Assembly: GCA_964016885.1 (NCBI GenBank) | Contig: OZ024761.1 | Coordinates: forward strand, 12,400,001 to 12,464,000 | Source of the DNA: Eledone cirrhosa | Lineage: Eukaryota | Length of the DNA stretch: 64,000 nt | Reading direction: 5' to 3' | In this document: positions 44,595-57,753 of the stretch, piece after piece | Layout of the letters: each line of letters begins with the position of its first letter | Numbering within the stretch: position 1 is the first letter of the stretch | Made by a program: the position numbers and the translations under genes | Notes under the pieces: model-generated | Told to the model about the DNA's origin: nothing | Databases searched by the model: none | Seen by the model: only the letters and a program-made list of their open reading frames with translations

Positions 44595-44968
44595 TAGGGC
44601 TGGTAAAATTCCCAAGATCCATGGACGAGTTCTCTCCACCGGTCTCTGTCCCTCATCATCGCTGCCATGTCCTGCGTCTCCAACAGACCAGTGTCTGTCC
44701 TTAGGGCATCAACATAGGGCGTCTTCCTCTTCCAGTGTGTCCATGTAGGGGCTCCCACAGGAGCACTGAGTGCAGTGTCAACTCTGGATGTCGGTGAGCA
44801 TGTCCAGCTAACCTCACTCTCCTCTGGGCTACTCTCGAGAGGCTCCTGTACAGCTCTGAGTTCTTCATCCTCCGTGTATACTGATTAATGTTCAGAGCCA
44901 TCCTCAGCATTCTCGTGTAGCACCCCTCCACCATCTGAGTGAGTTTCTTGGTCAGTGTCCAAGTCTCA
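44595..44968 (-). mobile_element. RTE/RTE-X-like LINE 3' fragment, longest copy
   Basis: GCYTRMLRMALNI..NSELY..RRVRLAGHAHRHPE..LLWEP. Confidence 0.8.
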
Positions 44969-45049
44969 GTATATATATGTGTATATATATATATATATCA
45001 TCATCATCATCATCATCATTTTACGTCCACTTTGCTGATGATGATGATG

Positions 45050-45080
<31 letters not shown>

Positions 45081-45158
45081 TATATATACGCACATATATA
45101 TACACACACACACATATATATCATCATCATCATCATACGTCCATTTTGATGATGATGA

Positions 45159-45202
<44 letters not shown>

Positions 45203-45479
45203 ACATATATATACACACACACATATATATCATCATCATCATTTTACGTCCGCTTTTCCCTGCTACATATATAAGAGAGATATATATAGACAGGCAGACA
45301 CATATATTATCAGACCCTTTGTGCCCCTTTCTGCCCACACATTCCCTACAGATATTGTCCTGCATATATTAAACTTGGGTAACTATCTGACACAATCCTC
45401 ATTAGCTGTAGGTCACCTATAGAGGTCACCTCTCTGAAAGGTCATCTACAGTTGCTGCCAATAAAAACACACAGTACTT

Positions 45480-46740
45480 CAATTAGGTATTGTTAGACAC
45501 CACAACTAGGTATTATGGGACAGCTAAACTAGGTACTGTTAGACACCTCAACCATAACTAGCTACTACTAGACACCACAACTAGGTTCTGTACACACAAG
45601 ACAACTAGCTACTGTTAGACACCACAACTAACTACTGTTAGACACCACAACTAACTACTGTTAGACACCTTAACTAACTACTGTTAGACACTTTAACTAG
45701 CTACTGTTAGACACCTTAACTAGCTACTGTTAGACACCACAACTAACTACTGTTAGACACCTTAACTAGCTACTGTTAGACATCACAACTAGCTACTGTT
45801 AGACACCTTAACTAGCTACTGTTAGACACCTTAACTAGCTACTGTTAGACACCTTAACTAGCTACTGTTAGACACCTTAACTAGCTACTGTTAGACACCT
45901 TAACTAGCTACTGTTAGACACCTTAACTAGCTACTGTTAGACACCTTAATTAGCTACTGTTAGACACCTTAACTAGCTACTGTTAAACACCACAACTAAC
46001 TACTGTTAGACACCTTAACTAGCTACTGTTAGACACCTTAACTAGCTACTGTTAGACACCTTAACTAGCTACTGTTAGACACCTTAACTAGCTACTGTTA
46101 GACACCACAACTAGCTACTGTTAGACACCTTAACTAGCTACTGTTAGACACCTTAACTAGCTACTGTTAGACACCTTAACTAGCTACTGTTAGACACTTT
46201 AACTAGCTACTGTTAGACACTTTAACTAGCTACTGTTAGACACCTTAACTAGCTACTGTTAGACACCTTAACTAGCTACTGTTAGACACCTTAACTAGCT
46301 ACTGTTAGACACCACAACTAGCTACTGTTAGACACCTTAACTAGCTACTGTTAAACACCACAACTAGCTACTGTTAGACACCTTAACTAGCTACTGTTAG
46401 ACACCTTAACTAACTACTGTTAGACACCTTAACTAGCTACTGTTAGACACCTTAACTAGCTACTGTTAGACACCACAACTAACTACTGTTAGACACTTTA
46501 ACTAGCTACTGTTAGACACCTTAACTAGCTACTGTTAGACACCTTAACTAGCTACTGTTAGACACCTTAACTAACTACTGTTAGACACCTTAACTAACTA
46601 CTGTTAGACACCTTAACTAACTACTGTTAGACTCCTTAACTAGCTACTGTTAGACACTTTAACTAGCTACTGTTAGACACCACAACTAGCTACTGTTAGA
46701 CACCTTAACTAACTACTGTTAGACACCTTAACTAGCTACT
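45480..46740. repeat. 23-bp minisatellite (actagctactgttagacacctta)
   Basis: Period 23 measured at 45811/45834. Confidence 0.95.
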
Positions 46741-46945
46741 ATGTGACAGTGTATCACCGTAAAACTCGCGACATTTGAGGTGACTCGCTCTGAATTACTT
46801 GGGCAGCCCCAGAAGAAGAAGAAAAAAAAGGCCCAAAAATAAACAACAAAAAAAAAACAACAGAAAAAAAAGAGAAACAACAAAAAAAAATGTAAACAAA
46901 GAAGTGACCAATGAAACGAAAGGTGGACGTGGTTTGAGAACTTAC

Positions 46946-47108
46946 CCAGCGGGAGGAGGTGGGACTCCCTGATCAAGGTCGTGTAGCATAGCTTCGACAT
47001 TTGTCCTGTTGTTGGTCTCAATACGGTTTGGTTTGGGTGCAACTGGAGGTTGAGCTGCAGATGTGACAACTCTTTGGGAGTTCCCATTAACAAACTGAGG
47101 TTGGTTGG
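46946..47108 (-). CDS. PXN: Paxillin exon with PPVAPKP and LD3-like motif (NVEAMLHDLD)
   Basis: Acceptor ttgcag|CC AAC CAA (phase 1, fits); donor GCT GG|gtaagt (phase 2). Open frame; LD-like helix similar to vertebrate SVESLLDELE. Confidence 0.85.
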
Positions 47109-47704
47109 CTGCAATCAGAAACAACAGACAATACAGAATTGAATTATTCCACAGTTTATAGCTGGTATTAGTTTTGTGTAGGTTGTAATGGAAGTAGAGT
47201 CATTATAGCAATGGTTGGTACATAGGTTTATGTAGACATATATTGGTTATATAGAAATAGGTATATATATATATAAGTGGTCGTGGAGGGGCCACGGCAA
47301 AAAAAAAAGCACCCAGCACTCACTGTAAATGAGGTTGGTGTTAGGAAGGGCATCCAGCTGTAGAAATCAAGCCAGAATCAGTTCCCGCCCCACCCTTGCA
47401 AGCAGGGAAAAGCGGACGTAATGATGATGAGGATAGCCAGTTTAACCCTTTAGTATTTAAACCAGCCATATCCGGCCAGAATTCTCACACCTCTTTCTGT
47501 TCAAACTGGCTGTAACTGGCCACTCATACTGATGTTAAGGTATTGTTCTATATATATGTATGTATGTATAGATATATGATGCTAATATATATATATATAT
47601 ATATATATGTATAGGTATGTGATGGTAATATATAAATAAATATGTATAGATATATAAAGAGAATATATATGTATAGACATAAAGGTAATAATTATATATA
47701 GATA

Positions 47705-47975
47705 TCATCATCATCATCATCATTTTACATCCGCTTTTCCTTGCTTGCAAGGGTGGGACGGGAACTAATTCTGGCTTGATTTCTACAGCTGGATGCCCTT
47801 CCTAACACCAACCTCATTTACAGTGAGTGCCGGGTGCTTTTTTGCCGTGGCACCTCCACGACCACTTTGCAGTGGAATGATAGGGACCCCAGTCCCTATC
47901 ATCTCATTTCTACAGCTGAGTAAACTGGAGCAATGTGAAATAAAGTGTCTTGTTCAAGGAAACAACACATCACCC
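47705..47975 (-). mobile_element. SINE family A, 5' truncated
   Basis: Reverse complement of the body and tail. Confidence 0.75.
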
Positions 47976-48107
47976 ATAATATATATATATATTTACATAT
48001 ATATATTATATATATATATTTACATATATATATTATATATATATATTTACATATATATATTATATATATATATATATATATAATATATATATTTATTGTA
48101 TAGAAGG

Positions 48108-48158
48108 AGCTTCTACAGGACTAGTACTGTTTCATTCAGATGAAATCTTCAGGAAGCT
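48108..48158 (-). ncRNA. Minimal hammerhead motif with palindromic loop III
   Basis: Minus strand: agcttc-CTGAAGA-tttc atct gaat-GAAA-cag tactagtc ctg-TA-gaagct, then AATAAA about 10 nt downstream. Confidence 0.75.
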
Positions 48159-48494
48159 GGGTGTCATATTAAGTTCTGGTATTTATACATTTAGGTAGTG
48201 GTAAGGGAGGGGTGGTGGCTGGGGGGGGGGGGGGGGGGTATTTAGATACACAGGACCACAACATGGCACAGGCCGTTTTTTCTTTGGGTAGTGGTCAATT
48301 AGCCAGAGTGCTTTTGTAAAATAAAAGGAAAAGAAAAAGAAAAAGTAAATAAATAAGTAAATAAATAATATATATATATATGTATGTATATATATATCAT
48401 CATCATCAACGTTTAACGTCCGTGTTCCACACTTGCATGGGTTTGGACCGGGGTTTTCCCACTTGAGGCAAGAGTGGTTGTCTTGCTCGCATAG

Positions 48495-49286
48495 GACTAT
48501 CTGGCGGGTTTTCTACAGCTGGATGCCCTTCCTAACACCAACCACATTTACAGTGTGGGGCTGGGAGGTTTTTACCGTGTTGCCTACACGGCCACATTAC
48601 AGCGTGAACTGTCTGGCGGGTTTTCTACAGTTGGATGCCCTTCCTAACACCAACCACATTTACAGTGTGGGGCTGGGAGGTTTTTACCGTGTTGCCTACA
48701 CGGCCACATTACAGCGTGAACTGTCTGGCGGGTTTTCTACAGCTGGATGCCCTTCCTAACACCAACCACATTTACAGTGTGGGGCTGGGAGGTTTTTACC
48801 GTGTTGCCTACACGGCCACATTACAGCGTGAACTGTCTGGCGGGTTTTCTACAGTTGGATGCCCTTCCTAACACCAACCACATTTACAGTGTGGGGCTGG
48901 GAGGTTTTTACCGTGTTGCCTACACGGCCACATTACAGCGTGAACTGTCTGGCGGGTTTTCTACAGCTGGATGCCCTTCCTAACACCAACCACATTTACA
49001 GTGTGGGGCTGGGAGGTTTTTACCGTGTTGCCTACACGGCCACATTACAGCGTGAACTGTCTGGCGGGTTTTCTACAGCTGGATGCCCTTCCTAACACCA
49101 ACCACATTTACAGTGTGGGGCTGGGAGGTTTTTACCGTGTTGCCTACACGGCCACATTACAGCGTGAACTGTCTGGCGGGTTTTCTACAGCTGGATGCCC
49201 TTCCTAACACCAACCACATTTACAGTGTGGGGCTGGGAGGTTTTTACCATGTTGCCTACACGGCCACATTACAGCGTGGACTGTCT
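48495..49286. repeat. 112-bp tandem repeat (~7 copies) of a retroposon 3' module
   Basis: ORF starts recur every 112 nt; the unit matches single copies at 21690-21810 and 54300-54415. Confidence 0.9.
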
Positions 49287-49425
49287 GATATATATATATG
49301 TGTATAGATATATATAATGTAAGTGTAATAGTAGCATATATGTCTATATAAGCAAGTAACAGTAATACCATTTTAGTTGCTCAAATAAAAATAAGAAAGA
49401 TAAAAAGATAGGGTCTTCCACTCAC

Positions 49426-49855
49426 AGTTGGTTTTACGGTTAACCTCGTCCAAGAAATGAGCAGAGTTCAAATCCTGCAAGAGCTGGTCAAGCTCCGACA
49501 GGTTGCTGTTTATTGTCGACGACATTTGTGAGCCAACGTTGGCACCGAGACTGCTGTTACTGCCACTGCTTACTGAACCAGATCCAAGGGGTTTGTTGTA
49601 ACCTACAGGGCTGATCCCTGCTAGACTTGACTGTGAAAGGGTTGAACTCGCACTACTGCTTCTCTCTTGCTGATAGGTGGCAGCACTGTTGCCACTACTA
49701 CTTGATGTCCTTTCACTGCTGTAACTGTGATGATGTTGTTGTTGTTGTTGTTGTTGCTGTTGCTGCTGATGGTGATGATGGTGGTGGTGGTGGTGATGGT
49801 GGTGACTAGAGTTCTCCTGGATAATGTGTTGTTTCAAACTTGGAGATCCATGGGC
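49426..49855 (-). CDS. PXN: Paxillin exon with polyHis/polyGln tract, YNKP site and LD2 (NLSELDQLLQDLN)
   Basis: Pyrimidine tract + atccag|GCC CAT GGA (phase 0, fits previous exon); donor AAC T|gtgagt (phase 1). LD2 closely resembles vertebrate NLSELDRLLLELN. Confidence 0.9.
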
Positions 49856-50673
49856 CTGGATTTCAGAAGAGAGAAGAGAAAAAAACCATTAAAGAAGGCT
49901 TCCATGGGGTCCATAAAATAAGGTACCAGTAATGCATTGGGACTGATTGAATCAATTCCCCCCCCCCCCCTCAAAAAAAATTGCTGGCCTTGTGTCTAAA
50001 TCAGAAACCATTATTATACACTGCTATATAAACACCAATGTCTTCATCTTGATTGTTATAGTCACAACATTTTAGCTCCTGCACCCACTGGCCATCTTCA
50101 GTGGTATTATTATTATACATTGTTATATAAACCCAGTGTCCTCATCATGGCTGTTATCGTCACATTTCAACAATTTTATTTATTATATATCATTTACAAT
50201 TTGCGTGTAGGCAGGTATCTCTGGAAATAGGGGAGGAGAAGTGCGGTGAGGGTGTTATGTGGCCGTGAAGTGGGGCAGTGGCCCCAAAAGTTTCAGAACC
50301 TCTGGATTAAAACAAACTCCATAATCCTGTCCGCCTACGTAGGCCAAAGAAAGTTAACCCTCTTGGCACTGTGGGCAACAGAAGTCTCCGATAGAGTAAT
50401 CTCTCCTTAACCCTTTAGTATTTAAACCGGCCATATCCAGCCAGAATTTTCTCACCTCTTTCTGTTCAAAACGAACATAACTGGCCACTCATACTGATGT
50501 TAAGGTATTGTTCTCAAAATAAATAACATCAAAATCTCATGGATTCGATATTATGTGGGATAATTATAAGAGGTAAAGCCTTTACTGAGAAAATACAATA
50601 GTATATATAGAGTAATGTAAAGGGAAGTAATACATTAAAAAAAAATGTCAGCATGCTAAAGGTTAAACCTCAC

Positions 50674-50864
50674 CTTGTCGTTGCGCCTCAGTTGTGATGT
50701 ATCGTTGTGGTCAGTGAGCTGGGAGGGGAGAGGCGATGTACATGGAGATGACTGTGAACTCCCAATGTCTGCCCTCCGATTCTGATACTGCTCCTGGTCT
50801 GCCTGTTGTTGCTGGAATGACGAAATGTGCGCGGTTGTAGACTGTAAGTCAGCCAAAAGGGCAT
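50674..50864 (-). CDS. PXN: Paxillin-family coding exon carrying LD1 (DALLADLQST...)
   Basis: Acceptor tttcag|AT GCC CTT TTG GCT GAC TTA (phase 1, (D)ALLADLQ); donor GAC AAG|gtgagg (phase 0). Matches paxillin LD1 MDDLDALLADL, split after MDDL+G as I recall for vertebrate PXN. Confidence 0.9.
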
Positions 50865-50910
50865 CTGAAAATAAATAGATATATAAATTATAATTATTAT
50901 TATCATTATT

Positions 50911-51085
50911 AGGGCGTTGGATTGGCAGTATCGGTAGAGGGTCGGACGCCATGCTTTCCAGCATAGTTACGTCTCTTTACAGACTGAGTTCAAATCCCAC
51001 CGAGGTTGACTTTGCCTTTCATCCTTACGGGGTCGATAAAATAAAATACCAGTAATGGCCTTGTGCCTAAAGTAGAAACAATTAT
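50911..51085 (+). mobile_element. SINE family B, about 50 nt from the LD1 exon acceptor
   Basis: Sequence match to the 1395 and 44040 copies. Confidence 0.7.
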
Positions 51086-51229
51086 TTCTTTATTGGCCAC
51101 AAGGGCCTACAGATAGGAGACAATACACTAGACAACCTTTCGAGGTCGATAAAAAAAAGTACTGGGGTTGATTCTTCCTCTATATCTTTTTCTCATTTCC
51201 TCTCTCTTTCTCTTTCACTCTCCATCTTT

Positions 51230-51543
51230 CTCTGGAAGAGAGTACTAGAGAACGAGAATACTATGGAAGAGAGTTCTCTGGAAGAGAGTGCTAGAGAATG
51301 AGAGTAGTATGGAAGAGAGTTCTCTGGAAGAGAGTGCTAGAGAGCGAGAATACTGTGCAAGAGAGTTCTCTGGATGAGAGTGCTAGAGAATGAGAGTAGT
51401 ATGGAAGAGAGTTCTCTGGAAGAGAGTGCTAGAGAGCGAGAATACTGTGCAAGAGAGTTCTCTGGATGAGAGTACTAGAGAACAAGAGTACTATGGAAGA
51501 GAGTTCTCTGGAAGAGAGTGCTAGAGAGCGAGAATACTATGGA
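51230..51543. repeat. 46-bp tandem repeat fused to the R4/Dong-like fragment
   Basis: Period 46 at 51235/51281/51327. Confidence 0.9.
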
Positions 51544-51544
51544 A

Positions 51545-51930
51545 TGATAAGATAAAGATCTTATGGGACTTACCAATTCAGACCGAGATGAAGATTTAAC
51601 ACAACAGCCCAGATATTGTTGTAATTGAGAAGAAAGAAAGAAACTGTACCCTCATAGATGTAGCGTGTCTTTTTGGCAGCAGAATTGAACGCAAAGAGGA
51701 GAAAGTAGAGGCTTATACCAGCTTAAAACATAAAATCTTGAAATGCTGGAGTAATGAAGTAAAGACAGTCATCATTGTCCCAGTAGTGATTGGTGCTCTT
51801 GGCATGGTGACAAAGAACCTTGAAAACTAGCTGCCAAAAATAGACTTTACAGCAGCGACTGAACTACTTCTGGAGACATGTCTACTAGGAACAGCCTGAA
51901 TGATATGATAGGTTCTGGAGTACCAGTAGT
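51545..51930 (+). mobile_element. Decayed R4/Dong-like non-LTR element, restriction-like endonuclease C-terminus
   Basis: Manual translation: KILWDLPIQTE..PDIVVIEKKERNCTLIDVAC..KEEK..Y..L..W..IVPVVIGALG..CLLGTA, with in-frame stops. Confidence 0.8.
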
Positions 51931-52279
51931 AGTGAAAGGACAAGGAACGATATGAAAAAGTTGGGGATTACCCTAGGTTACTAGTTGTAGCCTAGTATTC
52001 CCAAAAATCTAGACGGCAAACTGGCAGAGTCGTTTGCGCTATTCATTTCAGCTGTCTCAGCTCTCTGAGTTCAAATCCCGCCGAGGTCAGCATTGCCTTT
52101 CATCCTTTCGAGGTCGATAAAGAAAAAAGTACCAGTCAAGTACTGGAGCCAATTCTTCTTCTACTCTTTCTCATTTCCTCTCTCCCAAATAAATAACATC
52201 AAATAAAATCTCATAGACTCGATATTATGTGAGGTAAAGCCTTTACCATGAAAATACAATAGTAAATATAGAGTCATTA

Positions 52280-52500
52280 ACCCTTTAGCATTCAAACCGG
52301 CCATATCCGGCTAGAAATGTCTCACCTCTTTCTGCTCAAACCAGTTGAAACTGGTCGCTTATACTGATGTTAAGTTATTGTTCTCAAAATAAATAACATC
52401 AAAATCTCATAGATTCAATATCATGTGAGATATTATGTAAGATAAAGTGTTTACTACAAAAATACAATAGTATATATAGAGTAATGTGAATGCTTAAGGG
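52280..52500 (+). mobile_element. piggyBac-type MITE (also 50411-50623, 57492-57772)
   Basis: TTAA-flanked, same internal sequence. Confidence 0.75.
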
Positions 52501-53611
52501 TTAAAAAAAAAGTACCAGTTTAGTACTGGGGGTTGATTCTTCCTCTATATCTCTTTCTCATTTCCTCTCTTTCACTTTCTATCTTTCACTGGAAAACATC
52601 TGCTATATTCAGACCTGGAGAGGGATGGGCTCCACCAGGTTTAAACATGCCCTAGAGATGTTGTATGTCAACATGGCACCCCTACGAATTCCCCGGGAGT
52701 TACGGGACCATCCATCCATTCCTTAAAATAACCAGCCAAAATTATTGGCAGTATTTTTCATTATGGTAATGGTGATAGAAAAAGTTAATAAATCTTATAA
52801 AAATAATAAAAGTATGATAATACATGAAATTGGTAGTATTTTAGTAAATAGATGTACTTGGCTTATTTTATATTTAATGTAAAGAACAGATGGAAAACTG
52901 TTGAGAAGAGAATAAGAAAGAGGAAGGAGAGACTGAGAGAGAGAGAGAGAGAGAGAGAGAGGCTGACACAGAGACAGACAGAGAGAGAGATAGAAAGAAT
53001 TACAGAGAGAGAGAATTACATACAAACAGAGAGACAGAAAGAGAGAGAGATTGACATCAAACAGAAAGGCAGAGAGAGACAGCGAGACAGCGAGACAGAG
53101 AGAGGTAAAAGGACAAATAGAGAGAGAGAGGCATAGAGACAGACAGAGATAGAGGAACAGAGAGACAGACAGAGACAGGGACAAACAGACAGAGAGAGAC
53201 ATAGATAGAGGCACAGAGAGACAAACAGACAGAGACAGAGACATACACACAGACAGACAGAGATAGAGGAACAGAGAGACAGCCAGAGACAGACAGACAG
53301 AGACAGACAGGGATAGAGAGAGATAGACAGAGACAGGGACAAACAGACAGAGATAGAGAGAGATAGAGAGAGAGATATATTAACTGAAGTCAGTTTCAGA
53401 AAATAGCAATGGTGAAACATAAGCAGCCTAGGAGAAGTATGAGTGGCACCAACAGCAGATGTTTCAAGAGAGATGGTAGAGAAGTTGCAGAGATCAGTGA
53501 AACTGAAATAACACTCGCCAGGTATGTGGTTCTGGTATTTAGTGAGAATGGTTAAGAAGAAATCCAGGCAGGTACGCTTAAGCTTGGGATGGGGAGGTAG
53601 AAGAGAGAGAG

Positions 53612-53780
<169 letters not shown>

Positions 53781-54061
53781 GTGTGTGTGTAAAACACAAG
53801 GTCTGTATGTATGTATGTATGTATGTATGTATATATATATGTCTGTGTGTGTATAAAACACAAGGTCTGTGTGTATGTGTATATGCATGATATATATAGA
53901 AAAATATATTAATATAGATTCATAATTATATGTGTGTGTGTATATAACCAATAATCTCTCTCTCTATATATATATAGATATATATAACTACCCACCTATA
54001 CCACTACAGGCATTGAAGATTCACTATCTTAGTGGTATATCACATATCCAATCTCTCATAT

Positions 54062-54122
54062 ATTTTATCTGATGAAAACGTACTGAAACACCATTGTACC
54101 TTTGAAATATGTATAATAAAAT
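54062..54122 (+). ncRNA. Minimal hammerhead motif (attttat family)
   Basis: attttat-CTGATGA-aaacgtac..gtaccttt-GAAA-tatgta-TA-ataaaat. Confidence 0.7.
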
Positions 54123-54166
54123 ATATACTTTGGTTATGAGAATATTTCTTATTTATTAATATTTTG

Positions 54167-54197
<31 letters not shown>

Positions 54198-54199
54198 TC

Positions 54200-55190
54200 A
54201 TCCTCATCATCGTCGTTTAACGTCCATCTTCCATGCTAGCATGGGTTTAGACGGGAATTGTCCCACTTGAGGCAAGAGTGGTTGTCTTGCTTGTATAGGA
54301 CTGTCTGGCAGGTTTTCTACAGCTGGATGCCCTTCCTAACACCAACCACGTTTACAGTGTGGAACTGGGAGGTTTTTACCGTGTTGCCTACACGGCCACA
54401 TTACACCGTGGACTGTGTTTTTTTGTCGTGACACCTACATGACCTCATTTATTTCGGACAGAGAAAGGGGTGGTGTTGATAGGGGTGGGGGTAGGGGTAG
54501 TGGGATGGGGGTGTATTTTTGGTTAGGAGGTGCCTACTGACTGTAGGTTTCGCTTTGTACTTAGGCAAGGCGGGTCTTCTGTATTACTGTGTAGCGCCAA
54601 AGATCTCGGTCCAGTGACATTGTCTTGGAGAGGTGTAAGGTCGGAATTTATCAAATCGTCCCAGGTTTTTCTGGGTCTGCCTACTCCGTAGCTTCCATCT
54701 ATTTTATACAACTGTCGTCTTTCATGCGCATCACGTGACCATACCAACGTAGTCTTCTCTCGAGTAAACAGCATCTGATCCCTCTTATTCCTAATTTCTC
54801 ACTTAGTTCATTTATGCTTTTCCGTTCACGTATATTACTATTACACATCCAACAGAGCATGCAATCTTCGTTCCTCTCTAGTCTGTGTAGATCCTCTGTA
54901 CACAAGGCCCATGTCTCACTGCCATGTAACATTGCTGTTCATATACAGGCATCATACAGCCTACCTTTCATTTTTAGGGAGAAACCTTTAGCGGCCAATA
55001 GTGGTATAAGCTCTCTTTTTCCATCCCGTTCTGACTCTGGCTACTGTACTTTCAGAGCACCCTCCCCCACTGCTGATTTTATCACCCAGGTAACGGAAGG
55101 TGTCCACTATTTCTATAGAACCATCTGGGCAATGGATGGAGCTAGTATCCTGTGGGCACTGGCCACATATAAAATCTATGTTCTTAGTTA
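54200..55190 (-). mobile_element. RTE LINE fragment with SINE-like 3' module and (TGA)n tail
   Basis: MLHGSETWAL..LRWYGHVMRM..GRPRKTWDD, continuing into the gttggtgttaggaagggcatccagc module and ggacgttaaacg(atg)n. Confidence 0.75.
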
Positions 55191-55221
55191 GTTTACCTGT
55201 GATCCAACTACATCTTTTAAT

Positions 55222-55707
<486 letters not shown>

Positions 55708-55953
55708 TGCATATACATATAGCGCTTATATTTTGTTTAACTCCAAAGAATTAAATTACTTAACAGATATGATTTCCTTCCTGTCACTCGATGTAAAAAG
55801 TCATTAGTAATATTATATATGAATGTGTGTGACTGTGTGTTTACATGTATGTGTGTGTGTGTGTGTTTACATGTATGTGTGTGTGTGTGTATGTGTGTGT
55901 CTTTGCATGTATAAATAACTCAGAGTAGCAACTGATGAACACTTCCGTTTCTA

Positions 55954-56062
<109 letters not shown>

Positions 56063-56065
56063 TAC

Positions 56066-56096
<31 letters not shown>

Positions 56097-56374
56097 AGTT
56101 CCCGTTTAAGCAAGACAAGGTCACCCAACCTGACATTGCCCACAACAGGACAATCCGTCTAACCCATGCTAACGTGAAAGAATGGACGTAAAATGGTGGT
56201 GATGATGATGATATATATATACATATCCTGTTCAGGGAAACCAAAAATGGGAGGGTAAGGAGAAGGAGGAAGGTATCCTGGTCCAGGGACATCCCCCAAG
56301 GCACCCAAAAGTCAGGTGGTGCTGGTGTTGAATTAGCCAAAGAATTATTAAGTCTACTAGACAAACCAAGAAAT

Positions 56375-56998
56375 TTAACCCTTTACTATTACATTATATA
56401 TACTATTGTATTTTCACAGTAAAGGCTTTACCTCACATAATATCTCACATAACATTTACATTACTCTATATATACTGTTGTATTGTCACAGTAAAGGCTT
56501 TACCTCACATAATATCTCACATAACATTTACATTACTCTATATATACTATTGTATTTTCACAGTAAAGGCTTTACCTCACATAATATCTCACATAACATT
56601 TACATTACTCTATATATACTGTTGTATTGTCACAGTAAAGGCTTTACCTCACATAATATCTCACATAACATTTACATTACTCTATATATACTATTGTATT
56701 TTCATTGGAAAGGCTTTACCTCACATAACATTTACATTACTCTATATATACTATTGTATTTTCACAGTAAAGGTTTTTACCTTACATAATATCTCACATA
56801 ACATTTACATTACTCTATATATACTATTGTATTTTCACAGTCAAGGTTTTACCTCACATAATACCTCACATAACATTTACATTACTCTATATATACTATT
56901 ATATTTTCACAGTAAAGGCTTTACCTCACATAATATCTCACATAACATTTACATTACTCTATATTTATTGTTATATTTTCACGGTGAAGGCTTTATTT
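56375..56998. repeat. 72-bp tandem repeat of the MITE subterminal segment
   Basis: Starts ttaacccttt; the unit is the reverse complement of the MITE right end; period 72 at 56461/56533. Confidence 0.9.
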
Positions 56999-57152
56999 TA
57001 TATAATTCATCATCATTTCATTTTACGTCCGCTTTTCCCTGCTTGCAAGGGTGGGACGGGAACTGATTCTGGCTTGATGCCCTTCCTAACACCAACCTCA
57101 TTTACAGTGAGTGCTGGGTGTTTTTTTTGCCGTGGCGCCTACACGTCCACAT

Positions 57153-57480
57153 AGCTTAGTGGTTAGAGCATTGGCCTTGCAATCGAAAGGTTGTGAGTTC
57201 AATTCTCAGACCGGGTGATGTGTTGTTTCCTTGAGCAAGACACTTTATTTCACATTGCTCCAGTTTACTCAGCTGTAGAAATGAGATGATAGGGACTGGG
57301 GTCCCTATCATTCCACTGCAAAGTGGTCGTGCAGGTGCCACGGCAAAAAAAAGCACCCAGCCCACACTGTAAATGAGGTTGGTGTTAAGAAGGGCATCCA
57401 GCTGTAGAAATCAAACCAGAATCAGTTCCCGTCCCACCCTTGCATGCAGGGAAAAGCGGACGTAAAATGATGATGATGAT
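57153..57480 (+). mobile_element. SINE family A, back-to-back with a minus-strand fragment at 57008-57150
   Basis: Head, body and tail as above. Confidence 0.75.
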
Positions 57481-57688
57481 AGCCAGTTTAACCCTTTAGT
57501 ATTTAAACCAGCCATATCCAGCCAGAATTCTTTCACCTCTTTCTGTTCAAACTGGCTGTGACTGGCCACTCATACTGATGTTAAGGTATTGTTCTCAAAA
57601 TAAATAATATCAAAATCTCAGAGTCGATATTACGTGAGATAATTATGTGAGGTAAAGCCTTTACCACAAAAATAGAATAGTATATATG

Positions 57689-57753
<65 letters not shown>

